Numbered from the stretch's first letter, positions 38,340-51,440 are shown. The stretch is 64,000 nucleotides of DNA from Takakia lepidozioides (GCA_030704615.1 CM060733.1:67208001-67272000), one strand, 5' to 3'. Notes: generated from the letters alone by a model not told the origin. Program-made: numbers and translations.

Positions 38340-39650
38340 GGACCAACCTCCTGGTGGTCACACCTATTTTTTTTTAAACAATTGTGTGACCACCAGTAGC
38401 GGTCGTCGCAACTGTTAAAATAAAAGAAAAATATTGCGACCACCCCCCTGCTGGTAGTCGCACCTATTTACTGATTTAATAGGTAGTAAGTTAGTACGTA
38501 GTAAGGGGGGGGTTCCCTTATATAGCCTCTCAGGGTGGTGGGACCCTTCTAGAAGGCCCTGAACAGATGTCAACCCTGCAGGACTCCCTATTCTAAATTT
38601 AGCCAATTCCTCCATTCTTTTTTTGGACCCCTCATCTCATTCCTTAATACACGTGGCTTTCCTTCAAAGGCGCCCCACTCTAATTCCTGGACAACTCTAG
38701 AATCAGGGCCCGAATGAAACTGCTCTGCATATTATTCGCACATATTTAACAAAAAGAAAAATGGTCCGACCACCCCCCTGCTGGTGGTCGCAGCTATTTA
38801 AAAATAGAAAATTCTGCGACCACCCCCTTGCTGGTGGTCGCCCCTAAAAAGAAATGGTGCGACCACCCCCCTGCTAGTGGTCGTAGATTTTATTTTATTT
38901 TTAATTTTTAATTTTTTTGGGAAACACCTGGGAGCGACAGCTCACAAATCAGGCCCCTTAGTAGTGAGAGGAGAAAATAACCTTTTCATTTATGCGCCAA
39001 GAGGCGTAGGAATGGGGCACCACACACGAACCATACCACACCCATCAAGTAGCAAGATTTGACCCCAGAATCATCCGGGTCGCACTCAGTGCACTTAACC
39101 AATTGAGCTACTGACTGTTGGTAGATATTAAAAAATCGGAAAATTATGCGACCACCCCCTACGACCACCCCCCTGCTGGTGGTCACATATATTAAAGAAA
39201 AGGAAAATAGTGCGACCACCAGCAGGTGGTGGTTGCACCTATTTGTTTTAAACAAGATTTCTGCGACTACCCCCCTGCTGGTGGTCGCGCCTATTAAAAA
39301 AAAGAAAATTTATGCGACCACCTCCCTGCTGGTGGTCGCACCTATTAAAAATAAAAAAATCTGCGACCACCCCCCTGCTGGTGGTCTCATCCATTAAGAA
39401 AAATAAAAAAAATTTGCGACCACCCCGCTACTGCTGGTCGCACCCATTAAAAAAATTAAAAAAAATTGCTACCACCCCCCTGTTGGTGGTCCCACCTATT
39501 AAAATAAATAAAAAATCTACGACCACCCTTCTGCTGGTGGTCGCACCTATTAAAAAAAATAAAATTTCTTCAACCACCCCCCTGCTGGTGGTCGCACATA
39601 ATAAAGAAAAGAAAAAATGATGCAACCACCCCCTGCTGGCGGTCGCAGCT
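38340..39650. repeat. Long array of palindromic GCGACCACCCCCCTGCTGGTGGTCGC units
   Basis: About 15 units, at roughly 55 bp spacing in the densest part (39150-39650), separated by A-rich spacers and interrupted at about 38480-38730 and 38920-39130. Confidence 0.92.
38480..38722 (-). mobile_element. Short insert sharing terminal motifs with the Replitron remnant (candidate non-autonomous Replitron)
   Basis: TTTTTTGGACCCCT...TAATTCCTGGAC...CAGGGCCC...AAACT occurs in the same order at about 26101-26214 and 38618-38721. Confidence 0.5.
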
Positions 39651-40073
39651 ATTACTAGCATGCGCAGTCATGATGACATCGCGCGCCCCGAGTGTGGGGG
39701 GGGGCTTATAAGGCCTTGGAAGCCATTCTCTCCCTCACTTTTCTCCACACCAGGACTTGGTGGGCGATGGGATGTTACATTCATTGTCATTGAGTCCAAG
39801 TGAGAGGGGTGCTATTGGTTGGGTGGGGGGTATTTTGGGCCGTAGGTTTCTACGAAATCGATGTTGAGTACCTCCCGGGAAGCCCTCCTCCGGCACCCAT
39901 GTTTTTTTCATTGCACATTGCGTCATATCACTTAGAACTGCCGAGGGAGTGACACGTGCCTCTAGTACTTGGGGATGATTAATTAGGGAGTAGGATTAGG
40001 TACGATTTAGGAGGGTTGGGAGAGCATTTTTCTTAGCAAACACCTATCGAGTAGGGTTAAGCCAGAGCCATAA

Positions 40074-42546
40074 ATGGCGGAGGAGGAAGACAGAGGAGGT
40101 CATCCCAGGGATGACGATAATGAACCTGGTTTTCCAAAAAAAACACCAAAAAGGGCCAGGCGCGAACTTCGTTGGGACATATACAATGACCCCAACATTC
40201 TTGCGGAACCAGGTTGGGAAGTTTGGAAGTTGGGGCAGCGGTGGTCACTTGGTGACTACAGGAAATTTGTGGACTGGTGTCACATAAATCGTTTGTGGCC
40301 CAAAGATAGGCATGATCCACAAACCAAACAAAATCAAGCTAGCTTGCATTCCTGCGCCAACCCACATTTCCGACACAGGGCAGAGGAGGTACATACAACA
40401 TTGTGGGGTCAACCGCTCGTCAACAACAAGGTCCCGTATTTATTTGCGGTCATGTTGTAGACAGAGTTGATTTTATTGCAACCAGTGGATTGGCAAACTG
40501 CCACTGCGAGACAGTATACTAGACTATACATGTTCTCTGATATCCCAGACTTGTATATACGTCAAGGGCAGGACATCATACAGTTGGATGGAAACGATGA
40601 GGTGGAAGAAGGAGGAAAGGCAGACCAACCTCCAGATTACACGCCACAGGTCTCCGCAGCCGGGCCTTCAACGTCTGAGGTGAAGGGGGGCGAGGTACGC
40701 TCTCCGTTGGAGGAACAGTTGGCCGCACATGAACATCACATCAAGGACCTGTAGGACATTGTTCATTTGCAACGGTAGCAAATAGCAAAGTTGCTGGAAA
40801 GAATGGGGTTGGGGACTCTCGACAGCGTACGCGGTGTGCTTTAAGACCCGAGGCCAATCACCAACGAGCAAGACATATTGGCGCGTTTGAATATGCCATT
40901 AATGGACATTGATCGCATCATCGACGGGGTTGACTCAATCGAGCATGGGAATGAAGTACAAACGCCTGAACTAGACCCGGCGAGGGTTGAGGAAGAAAGA
41001 CTTGCGGCGGAGAGGGCAAGAAAAGGGAAGGACCCCATAGTGGAAACTGGGGAATGTTTTGCCGTGCAAATTACATCGGGGCCCAAGAACAAGAATTAGA
41101 GCAGCTAATGGGGGAACGCGAGTAAGCTAGGGCTGCATATCGGTACTCAAATGTCATGCAAATCCGATTGTGGCCATGGTTGAAGGGGAATTGGCGGAAT
41201 TGGGTGACATAGACGGGTCATCTAGCATCGCGGGAAACACGGATAGAAGAAGCGTTGTCCTCCCTCCAACGTGCAGCATGTTTGTCAAATCGAAGCGTAG
41301 ATAACATCTATGCTAATTTGCAAAGGCACACCACTGTGCGTGATATATTCACGTCGAAGTACACTGGATTCACCACATGGGGTGATGTGGATGTCATGTT
41401 TGAGCACTGTGTGCATACAATTTCTGATACCAATAAGAGCATAAACTGGGATTTGGAAGTAGAGGAGGAGTGGGACAGCAAGCCGAGGATGTCATCCTAC
41501 ATTCATGACGATAAACGGACGTGGATACCACGGAGCAATCCAGCGTCATGGGTAACAGATGGTACGGTGTACACAATGTGCCTAAACCCTTAGGGAGGCT
41601 ATATGCTTGGTTCATGTGGCCATTTGTTCCATCCCGCATGTCTCATATCGGCAGCCATGCGAGCCAGCCAATGCCTAACTACCGTGGACCAATCCATCGA
41701 CGTTTCTACGAGTTATTTGGGTTGCAAGACAATATGCCCACGAGATACGAGTACAACTGATACAACATGCCATTGGATATATCGCCTTACGGTTTTTTAA
41801 ATTGGCAGCACTGGGGGGAGACAATGACATGAGATGCTCCAAGAGAGATGCACGCCTTGGATGCGAAGACGTTAACTAGGGTTAAAGATCCAGTGACCTT
41901 TTGAGTGACATCCAACTGGGAAATAACCGTGCGTGCTAGAGGCATACGGGACCCAGTCCAAAGGGAGCTTTTTTGCCGGATCTTGGGAGGGCATTGGAGC
42001 TGTACTAGACAAAGATTCTTCCGACTGCTTGAGGATTTGTGGGTGCCAACGGAAAATGACCCATACAATCACGAACCGATTGGGAGAGACCTATTTCTGA
42101 GGGAGTTGGAGGCCGCTAGCATCCGTTGGGAGGATATGAATGAGACGTACTAGGTGCCTCGTCGGGATGAAGGGTCATTTCTTCTAGAGTTGCGCAGAGA
42201 CCCCCAATAGGAGGAGGTGTTGGACAATTTCAAGGCTGCCATCACGAGTGTTGTAAAGTATTGGCAGAATACATGGCATGACCAAGTTGCCCTTATTCCA
42301 AGGGTGTTCTTGTCACTTCCAAACATATCGGATTTAATTGAAAAATTGCATGAAGCCGTAGCAAGAGCGACACACCCGGCTCTGGCAAATGTGGAAGAGA
42401 GTCAGCACTCGCCTAGAACGATACGCATGATGGCAAGGGTGGACCACACAACACCGGGTCCCTCTTTGACCACTCGAGCTCTCCGTACTGGTGGAGGCAC
42501 GTCCTCTACACCCGGAGCATCTTCATCAACATCTGGAGATGACTAG
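40074..42546 (+). pseudogene. RING-H2 finger gene, copy B (many premature stops)
   Basis: MAEEEDRGGHPRDDD...EVHTTLWGQPL...VDWQTA...VETGEC...GSCGHLFHPAC...RRFYELFGL...TSNWEITVR...SSTSGDD* aligns with copy A throughout. TATA-like CTTATAAG at about 39705. Confidence 0.85.
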
Positions 42547-42599
42547 AAAGGCTAGAAACGTAGGGAGTAGGCCAAAGGTCTCCGGTTACGAAAACTTAA

Positions 42600-45500
42600 A
42601 TGTGCAACCCATTGTATAGTCTACGTAATTTTTGGAAATATGAGGTTCATCCTTTGAACCATTTTTGAATGACCTCATACTTGTTCGGTACCTGTTTGAC
42701 GGCATGTACAATATACTGGCAAAGTTTCAAAACAATCAAAAAATTGCTGAATGAAGATACCATTGGTTCACCCATTGCAATATTTTAAATCGAACTCATA
42801 CTTGTCCGGTACCTTTAAGAGGGCATGTACAATGCAATGGCAAAGTTTGAAAGCATTCAGAAATCGGCACATCAAGTAACCATTGGTTTCTCCTGTAAAC
42901 CATTTTTTATTGTTCTCATACTTGTCTGGTCCATGTAAGAGGCATGTAGAACATACTGGCAAAATTTCAAATCATTCAAATTTTTTTTTATCAAGGAACC
43001 TTTGGTTTATCCTTTTCACCATTAACGATTAATCACAAATAAATGAACAGACGAATAAATCATTTGCCTCCAAATAATTTTGGTTCGCTTTGAGTCTTGG
43101 CCAGTATATTCAATGTACCATGGAAGAGGCCCCAGAGTAATATGAGATCAATCGAAATTCGTTCAATGGGCCAACGGATGGTTGCCCATCCAAATGATTT
43201 TCGTTCGCTTTGAGACTTGGCCAGTGTGTACAATGTACCCTCTAATAGGTTCCAGTGTAATATGAGATCAATCGAAATTTGTTCGATGGGCCGATGAGGC
43301 GTTCACTTGTCATCTGGTTTTTGTTCATTGCGAAAAAGAAATCCTGCAATGCGTGCACGGCTATTGCACCCATTGAACGGATGTGGTTGAAGTCCCTCTT
43401 TTTCCCGCATGTGCTTGAACATGTGTGCGACACATGTGCGGAGACACAACAGACAAATAAATCATTTGCCTCCCCATCGACACCAAGCCATTCCATAATG
43501 TAATTGAATTTAAATTAATTTTAAGCCAATAAATAGGTTTGCACTGCCTTTCATTGGGGGTTTCTGGCACGTATCAATTTTGTTTTTGACTGGTTTTGCA
43601 GCTTCGAGCATCCCACTGCTACTCCCCCGCCAAAATTTGGACCAATTAAAATAAAAAAAATGTTCTCTTCGCTCACTATTGCAGAACTCTCTATGAAGAA
43701 TGTATGAAGTAGAGCGCAAATCAAGTTTGGAGTATAAAACGAGCAAGAAACTGTGGTTTTGGGTCCAAATAAATTTTGATTGCTCCCAAATTTGGCATGC
43801 ACGTTGCATATGGAGTCATTACACGTCCCATTCAAAAATAGAATGAAAAAAAAAACATGAGCACGCGAAACGCAGTCCAACAGGTCCCAAAGTAATAGGA
43901 GATCCAACAGAATACATTCATTGGATGAGTGGATGGTTGCCCATCCAAATCATTTTTGTTTGCTTCCAAACTTTGCCAGTACGTTCGAGACACCTTCTCA
44001 CAGGTCCCGGATTAATATCACATCAATCGAAATTCATTCGATGGCTCAACGGATGGCTGGTCATTGAAATGATTTTGGTTCGCTCTGAGACTTGGCCACT
44101 AAGTTCAATGTGCCATGTAAGAGGTCCCAGAGTAATATGAGATCAATCGAAATTCGTTCAGTAGGCCAACGGATGGTTGCCCATCCAAATGATTTTCATT
44201 CGCTTTGAAACTTGGCCAGTGTGTTCAATGTACCCTCTGATACGTCCCAGTGTAATACGAGATCAATCAAAATTTGTTCGATTGTCCAATGAGGCGTTCA
44301 CTTGTCATCTGGTTTTTGTTAATGCGATAAAGAAATCATGCAATGCGTGCACGGCTATTGCACCCATTGAATGGATGTGGTTGAAGCCCCTCTTTTGCCC
44401 CCATGTGCTGGAACATGTGTAGAGACACATTAGACGAATAAATCATTTGCCTCCCCATCGACGCGTTCACCCCTCAAGCTATTCCACAATTTAATTTAAT
44501 TTAATTTAATTTTAAGCCAATAAATAGGTTTGCACTGCCTTTCATTGGGGATTTCTGGCACGTATGGATTTTTTTTTTGGCTCAATTTTGTTTTGCGGCT
44601 TCAAGCATCCCACCACTACTCCCCCGCCAAAATTTGGACCAATCAAAAATGCCCCCAAAAAAAAATGTTCTCTTCGCTCACTATTGCAAAACTCTCTATG
44701 AAGAGTGCATGAAATTGAATAAAAATCAAGTTTGGAGTACTAAACAGGGAAGAAACCATGGTTTTGGGTCCAAATGAATTATGTTTGCTCCCAAATTTGG
44801 CACGCATGTTGCATATGGCTACATTACACGCCCCATTAAAAAACGGAATGAAAATAAAATCGTGAGCACACGAAACACAGTCCAACAGGTCCTAAAGCAA
44901 TAGCAGATCGAGCGGAATACATTCAACGGGTGAACGGATGGTTGCCCATCCAAATCATTTTTGTTTGCTTCCAAACTTTGCCAGTACGTTTAAGACACCT
45001 TCTCACAGGTCCCAGACTAATATCAGATCAATCGAAATTCATTCGATGGCTCAACGGATGGTTGGCCATCGAAATGATTTTGGTTCGCTTTAAGACTTGG
45101 CCACTGTGTTCAATGTGCCATGTAAGAGGCCCCAGAGTAATATGAGATCAATCGAAATTTGTTCAATGGGCCAACGGATGGTTGCCCATCCAAATGATTT
45201 TCGTTCGCTTTGAAACTTGGTCAGTGTCTTCAATGTATCCTCTGATACCTCCCAGTGTAATACGAGATCAATCAAAATTTGCTCGATTGTCCAATGAGGC
45301 GTTCATTTGTCATCTGGTTTTTGTTCAATGCGAAAAAGAAATCCTGCAATGCGTGCACAGCTATTGCACCCATTGAACGGATGTGGTTGAAGCCCCTCTT
45401 TTGCCCGCATGTGCTTGAACATGTGTGCGACACATGTGTGGAGACACATTAGACGAATAAATCATTTGCCTCCCCATCGACACGTTCACCCCTCAAGCTA

Positions 45501-48500
45501 TTCCACAATTTAATTGAATTTTAATTTTAATCCAATAAATAGGTTTGCACTGTCTTTCATTGGGGGTTTCTGGCACGTATCGATTTTGTTTTTGACTGGT
45601 TTTGCAGCTTCAAGCATCCCACTGCTACTCCCCTGCCAAAATTTGGACCAATAAAAAATGCCCCAAACAAAAAGTGTTCTCTTCGCTCACTATTGCAAAA
45701 CTTTCTATAAAGCATGCATGAAGTTGAACACAAATCAAGTTTGGAGTGCAAAACGGGCAAGAAACTGTGGTTTTGGGTCCAAATGAATTTTGATCGCTCC
45801 CAAATTTGGCACGCACGCTGCATATGGAGTCATTACACGCCCCATTCAAAAACGGAATGAAAAAAAAAACATTAGCACGCGAAACGCAGTCCAACAGAAT
45901 ACATTCAATGGGTGAGCGGATGGTTGCCCATCCAAATCATTTTTGTTTGCTTCCAAACTTTGTCAATACGTTCGAGACACCCTCTCACAGGTCCCGGACT
46001 AATATCAGATCAATCAAAATTCATTCGATGGCTCAACGGATGGTTGGCCATCGAAATGATTTTGGTTCGCTTTGACACTTGGCCAGTATGTTCAATGTAC
46101 CATGGAAGAGGCCCCAGAGTAATATGAGATCAATCGAAATTCGTTCAATGGGCCGACGGATGGTTGCCCATCCAAATGATTTTCGTTCGCTTTCAGACTT
46201 GGTCAGTGTGTTCAATGTACCCTCTGATAAGTCCCAGTGTAATACGAGATCAATCGAAATTCGTTCAATGGGCCAATGAGGCGTTCAGTTGTCATTTGGT
46301 TTTTGTTCATTGCGAAAAAAAATTCCTGCAATGCGTGCACGACTATTGCACCCATTGAACGGATGTGGTTGAAGCCCCTCTTTTGCCCGCATGTACTTGA
46401 ACATGTGTGCGACACATGTGCGGAGACACAACAGACGAATAAATCATTTGCCTCCCCATCGACACCAAGCCATTCCATAATGTAATTGAATTTAAATTAA
46501 TTTTCAGCCAATAAATAGGTTTGCACTGCCTTTCATTGGGGGTTTCTGGCATGTATCGATTTTGTTTTTGGCTCAATTTTGTTTTGCGGCTTCAAGCACC
46601 CACTGCTACTCCCCCACCAAAATTTGGACCAATAAAAAATGCCCAAAAAAAAAAAAGTTCTCTTCGTTCATTATTGCAGAACTCTCTATGAAGTAGAGCA
46701 CAAATCAAGTTTGGAGTGCAAATGGGCAAGAAATTGATCGCTCCCAAATTTTCCATGCACGTTGTATATGGAGTCATTACACGCCCCATTCAAAAATGAA
46801 ATGAAAAAAAAAACATGAGCACGCGAAACGCAGTCCAACAGGTCCCAAAGTAATAGGAGATCCAACAGAATACATTCAATGGGTGAACGGATGGTTGCCC
46901 ATCCAAATCATTTTTGTTTGCTTCCAAACTTTTGCCAGTACATTCGAGACACCCTCTCACAGGTCCTGTACTAATATCAGATCAATCGAAATTCATTCGA
47001 TGGCTCAACGGATGGTTGGCCATCGAAATGATTTTGGTTCGCTTTGGGACTTGGCCAGTATGTTCAATGTACCATGGAAGAGGCCCCACAGTAATATGAG
47101 ATTAACCGAAATTCGTTCAATGGGCCGACGGATGGTTGCCCATCCAAATGATTTTCGTTCACTTTGAGACTTGGCCAGTGTGTTCAATGTACCCTCTGAT
47201 AGGTCCCAGTGTAATATGAGATCAATCGTTAACGATTAATCATGAATCATCCAACAGGGGAACTGTTGGTTCACCCTTTGAACCATTTAACATTGACATT
47301 ATACTTGTCTAGTAACTTGAAGAGGGCATGTACAAGACACTCGCAAAGTTTCAAATGAATCCAAAATCATTTGGCAGGGGAATTGGTTCATCCATAGCCA
47401 ATTTCAGGGGCTGAAATTGCCATTTATGGGGCTCGAATTGCCAATTTCAGGGGCTGGACTTGCAATTTGAGGGGCGGGAATTGCCATTTCAGGGGCTAGA
47501 AGTGCAATTTGAGGGGTTGGAATTAAATTTCAGGGGCTTCAATTGCAATTTGAGGGGTTGGAATTGACAATTTCAAGGGCTCAAATTACAATTTGAGGGG
47601 CGGCCAGGGTTGGTCATTTTAGGAACTGACATTACCAATTTTAAGGGCTTGAATTGCATTTTGAATTGTAATTCAAGGGTTACAATGGGCCATTGGGGGG
47701 CTAGAATTACCAACGCAATGACATCCAAAACAATATAAAATCATTTGATAGTAGAATGATTGGTTCACCCTTTCAACCATTTTTTATTCACGTCATACTT
47801 GTCCGGTACTTGAAGGAGGGCATGTGGCTGACACTTGCAAAACTTCAAAGCAATGTAAAATCATTTGATAGGGGAACAATTGGTTCACCCTTTCAACCAT
47901 ATTTTATTGACCTCATACTTGTCCAGTACCTTTAAAATGGCATGTGAAAGACACTTGCAAAGCTTTAAAGCACTCCAAAATCATTTGATATGTTCATGAT
48001 TGATTCACCCTTTCAACCATTTTAGATTGACTTGAAACTTGTGAAAGACCTGTAAGAGGGCATGTACAAGACACTTGCAAAGTTTCAAATCAATTTAAAA
48101 TCATTTGGTAAGGGGACGATTGGTTCACCCTTTAAACCATTTTAGATTGATGTCATACTTCTCAAAGACGTGTAAGAGGGCATGTAGAAGACACTTGCAA
48201 AGTTTTGGAGCAATAAATTATCATTTCATCGGGGAAGTTTCCGTTCACCCTTTCATCCAATTTTGAATTGAACTGGATTTTTACTAAATAAAATGATTTA
48301 GAGGGCATAGGATTGTGGGGCGCAATGAGTGTGGGGCGCAATGATTTTGTTTTTGGCTTGATTTTGTTCTGTGAGTTGAACCCTAACACCACCACATCCT
48401 TGCCAAAAAATGTACCAAAGAAAAATGTTTGGAAAAAAACGTTCATCCTTTGCTCTATGCTCACTATTGTAGAACTATCTATGAAGAGTGCATGAAGTTG

Positions 48501-49000
48501 AAAATAACTTCACCTTGGAATGCAAATGAGGGAATAAAATGTGTTTTGGATGCAGACGATGTCTGTTCATGGTGATATTTTGCATGCAACTCTTCATGTT
48601 GTTATCAAGCATATGACTTCAGAATGGAATTAAAAACAATTCATGTGCAGGCGAAAGGTTGTTTCTCTTTATGAATTTGAATAACCCATTCAAACAACTT
48701 TGTTGAAGTTCAACTTTGGTCCATATGTGCTTAAGTACATACAAATCACGTACACAAAGTTGCAAGCAGAAAAATAATCACTTGCCCCCCGAACGACTCG
48801 TTAAACCTTTCAACCAATTTTCAATCATGAATCATTTAATAGGGGAACTATTGGTTCACCCTTAGAACCATTTTAGATTGACCTCATACTTATCCGGTAA
48901 CTTAAAGAGGGCATGTACAAGACACTCCCAAAGTTTCAAATCAATCTAAAATCATTTGGCAGGGGAACGATTGGTTCACCCATTGACCCGGTGTACACTG
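42600..49000. repeat. Composite satellite: diverged inverted 120-bp monomers flanking a homogeneous 1-kb higher-order array (about 43036-47228, about 4 units)
   Basis: Higher-order units start at about 43910, 44915, 45895 and 46865 and closely match 10310-11697. The flanking units TTGGTTCACCCTTT..AACCATTTT..ATTGACCTCATACTTG are diverged reverse complements of the same monomer. Confidence 0.9.
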
Positions 49001-49172
49001 TCATTCTTCAAGATTCGTGGGTGTGGTGCTTGATTATCCCATATGATGGACCCAGGTGCCATGGCCAAGTAACAAACCATTAAAACATTATGGTACGAGA
49101 CAAACACAATTGAAAACAACATTTATTCAAACATGATGTACAGTCAGAGGTCTACAAGTTTTTATCCATCAT

Positions 49173-50662
49173 CTAGCAATTTTTGGGCTCAGGCCAATTG
49201 AATAGCCCCGTCATGAAACGCTTCACAATATTTTCTAGTTTGTACCGCAACTCTACTGTGTCTACACACAAGTTTTCCAGAGCGGAACCAAAACAGGTTC
49301 CAGTAGACATATCGTTAAACAGGCTTGCATCGAACGTGTTACCCCCATTTATTGCTTGGGCTATCTTCCCAATTGCAAAGGTCTCTGATGGCATGGTTAG
49401 AGGGGGCCTACGAGGTGTGTCAACTGACTGGTTGTTGGCTACATTATGAACAATTGCAATTTCAGGTGCAATCCACCATCTATGTGCGAGAGTCTTTATC
49501 ATCTTGTCTCTGCTCTCGAAAATGTACAACGTGGTTTTTGGGTCATCCGTCCTGGAGACCATCCCCCAATTGCATACCCCGATGTACACAGCTTCAGACC
49601 CTTGTGGAAAATGCAACAAGATGTTGTCGGGGGACATGTCGTTGTGCAAGAGGTGGTGATTATGGACGTTGAGCATGATATGCAAAGTAGTACCCCTGCC
49701 AATTGGGTGCGATTCTGTCGGAATCGAACCAGTCGGTTAACCTCCTGTATTTCCTGCTCCGTCCCCCGTCGTTCCATTAACTCCATGTTATCCCGATCAT
49801 TCCCCCATTTCTTGTCAATACTCAACCATGATCGTATGGTCCTCCCATTCCACCAATGTGTGTAACCTTCATTTCGACGTGGATGCAACGCAAAATACTT
49901 TATGATGCCAAAATGATGGAACTTTATAGCCAACGCCTCATTGTTATGTTGGACTTTGGCAAGCTCAGCATTTGTTTCCCTGGGCGTTTTTCCTGCTAGC
50001 TCCCAAGATGTAGGAATGAATTGATCCCCAACAATTCTAACCCTCCGAATTGTACCATACCCTCCCTGTTTGGGCGCGTCGAGTTGTTGTACCTATGCGT
50101 TTGTGGATATGTATCTCACGTTCAATGTCGCATCCGCGAACAAGGACCCTGCCTTCCATGGGAGTGGTTTTGTACGTCGTTTGGCGTGGGCCTTTGCCAT
50201 GTCAGACCACCAAACCACAAGCACAAACAACTCCTCCTCCGAAGTTGACATGCGACCTTCAGCTACAGGTGTTCTCGTAACAAACTTGTCCATGGTTTGC
50301 CTCAGATTCCATGTGGCATCATGGGCCCGATCCTCCATCCATTTCGTGAACTGGAACTTCGCCCTGTCCTCCTCTCATTCATCCCCGGCCAAAGCCTCCC
50401 TCATTCTCATCTCCATATTGTGCTGGAATCTAAGGAACCCCTCATTCCCATGTCGGACATACAAAAGATTCAAACGCATTATGTCATTGTCCTTCAAATA
50501 ATCCAGCACTACTTGCTTCACCACCTTCGCGGCCTCTGCGCTTGGATAGTTTTTTTTGTTGACATGACTATTCCGTTCATGTGCATGTTTACGCTTCCTA
50601 CCTTTACGCCCACTTCCCGAGAAACCCCCTGACACTGCGTTCGAAGCAACGTTTCCGGACAT
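49173..50662 (-). pseudogene. Protein kinase-like gene, copy B, frameshifted
   Basis: MSG...RKRKHAHERNSHVNK, PWKAGS, WELAGKT, EGYTHWWNG, LLHNDMSPDNILLHFP, GVCNWGM (D replaced by N), WWIAPEI, SETFAIGKI. Confidence 0.85.
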
Positions 50663-51019
50663 GATGAAGGTACTCTGCGGAATAGACGCGGCTTCGTAAC
50701 GGAAAACTAAACCCAGACTATTGATAACCTTATATACTAGCAGACCAATTTCCTCACCCTCTATTGGTATAGTACCCAAAGCAAACTCTCCCGCAGTCCC
50801 AGGAAAAAAAGGCAAAAACTCCTCCCCCACACAGATCCACTCCCCCCCCCCCCACGCTCAGGCTTGGCCACCGAAGTTCAAACTCCAAGAAGCCCCAGAA
50901 CCGCACTCACAGAGAGGGAAAAAAGTGGATTGGGTATGAGGGGTAGGCCCTTATATACTGCCTCGAGAGGCTTGGCGCGCGACCATCTCTGTTGCCCATT
51001 CATGCCTCGCCACGTGTCC

Positions 51020-51428
51020 AGGGAGCGGTCGCACCTAATAACAAAAAAGAAAAAGTCTGCGACCACCACCGGCTGGTGGTCGCACCCATTTAAAAAATAA
51101 TTAAAAATGTACGACCATCCCTTGCTGGTGGTCGCACCTATTTTTTTTTTTTTTAAAATTGTCCGACCAACCTTTGCCGACGGTCGCATGACTGACAATA
51201 TAAATCATCATATATGACTTTTACAGATAATTAATGAAGTCCACGCAATGAGGCCACATCGGTTGCCACGTCGGTTCTCATAGTAAATAGTCAATAGTAA
51301 AGTAAAAAAATAAACATATTTATGTACAGTAACGTCGGTTTAGGACGTGACGTAACGCACGTCCATCGCTGACGTCGGACGTGACGCTGATGCGTCAACG
51401 CCACGTCACGTCCAAATTTGCAACTAGG
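51020..51428 (+). other. Copy B subterminal palindromic repeats and hairpin+CTAG terminus
   Basis: GCGACCACC..GGTGGTCGC units at 51060-51190. Stem GGACGTGACG (51377-86) / CGTCACGTCC (51404-13), then 10 nt, then CTAG at 51424-27. Confidence 0.8.
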
Positions 51429-51440
51429 TGTGAAACTTAC

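Larger units (their letters stand above)
38730..51428. mobile_element. Kinase/RING cassette element, copy B (may extend left to about 34860 and include the hAT-like gene)
   Basis: Inverted homologue of copy A, with the hairpin+CTAG terminus at 51377-51427 abutting a MULE intron. Confidence 0.8.

Noticed and set aside
6257-51428. Reading 6257 and 51428 as the two TIRs of one 45-kb transposon
   Set aside because: Homology extends through both genes and is highly diverged, and the flanks differ (DNMT remnant vs MULE intron) with no TSD. Two independent insertions fit better.
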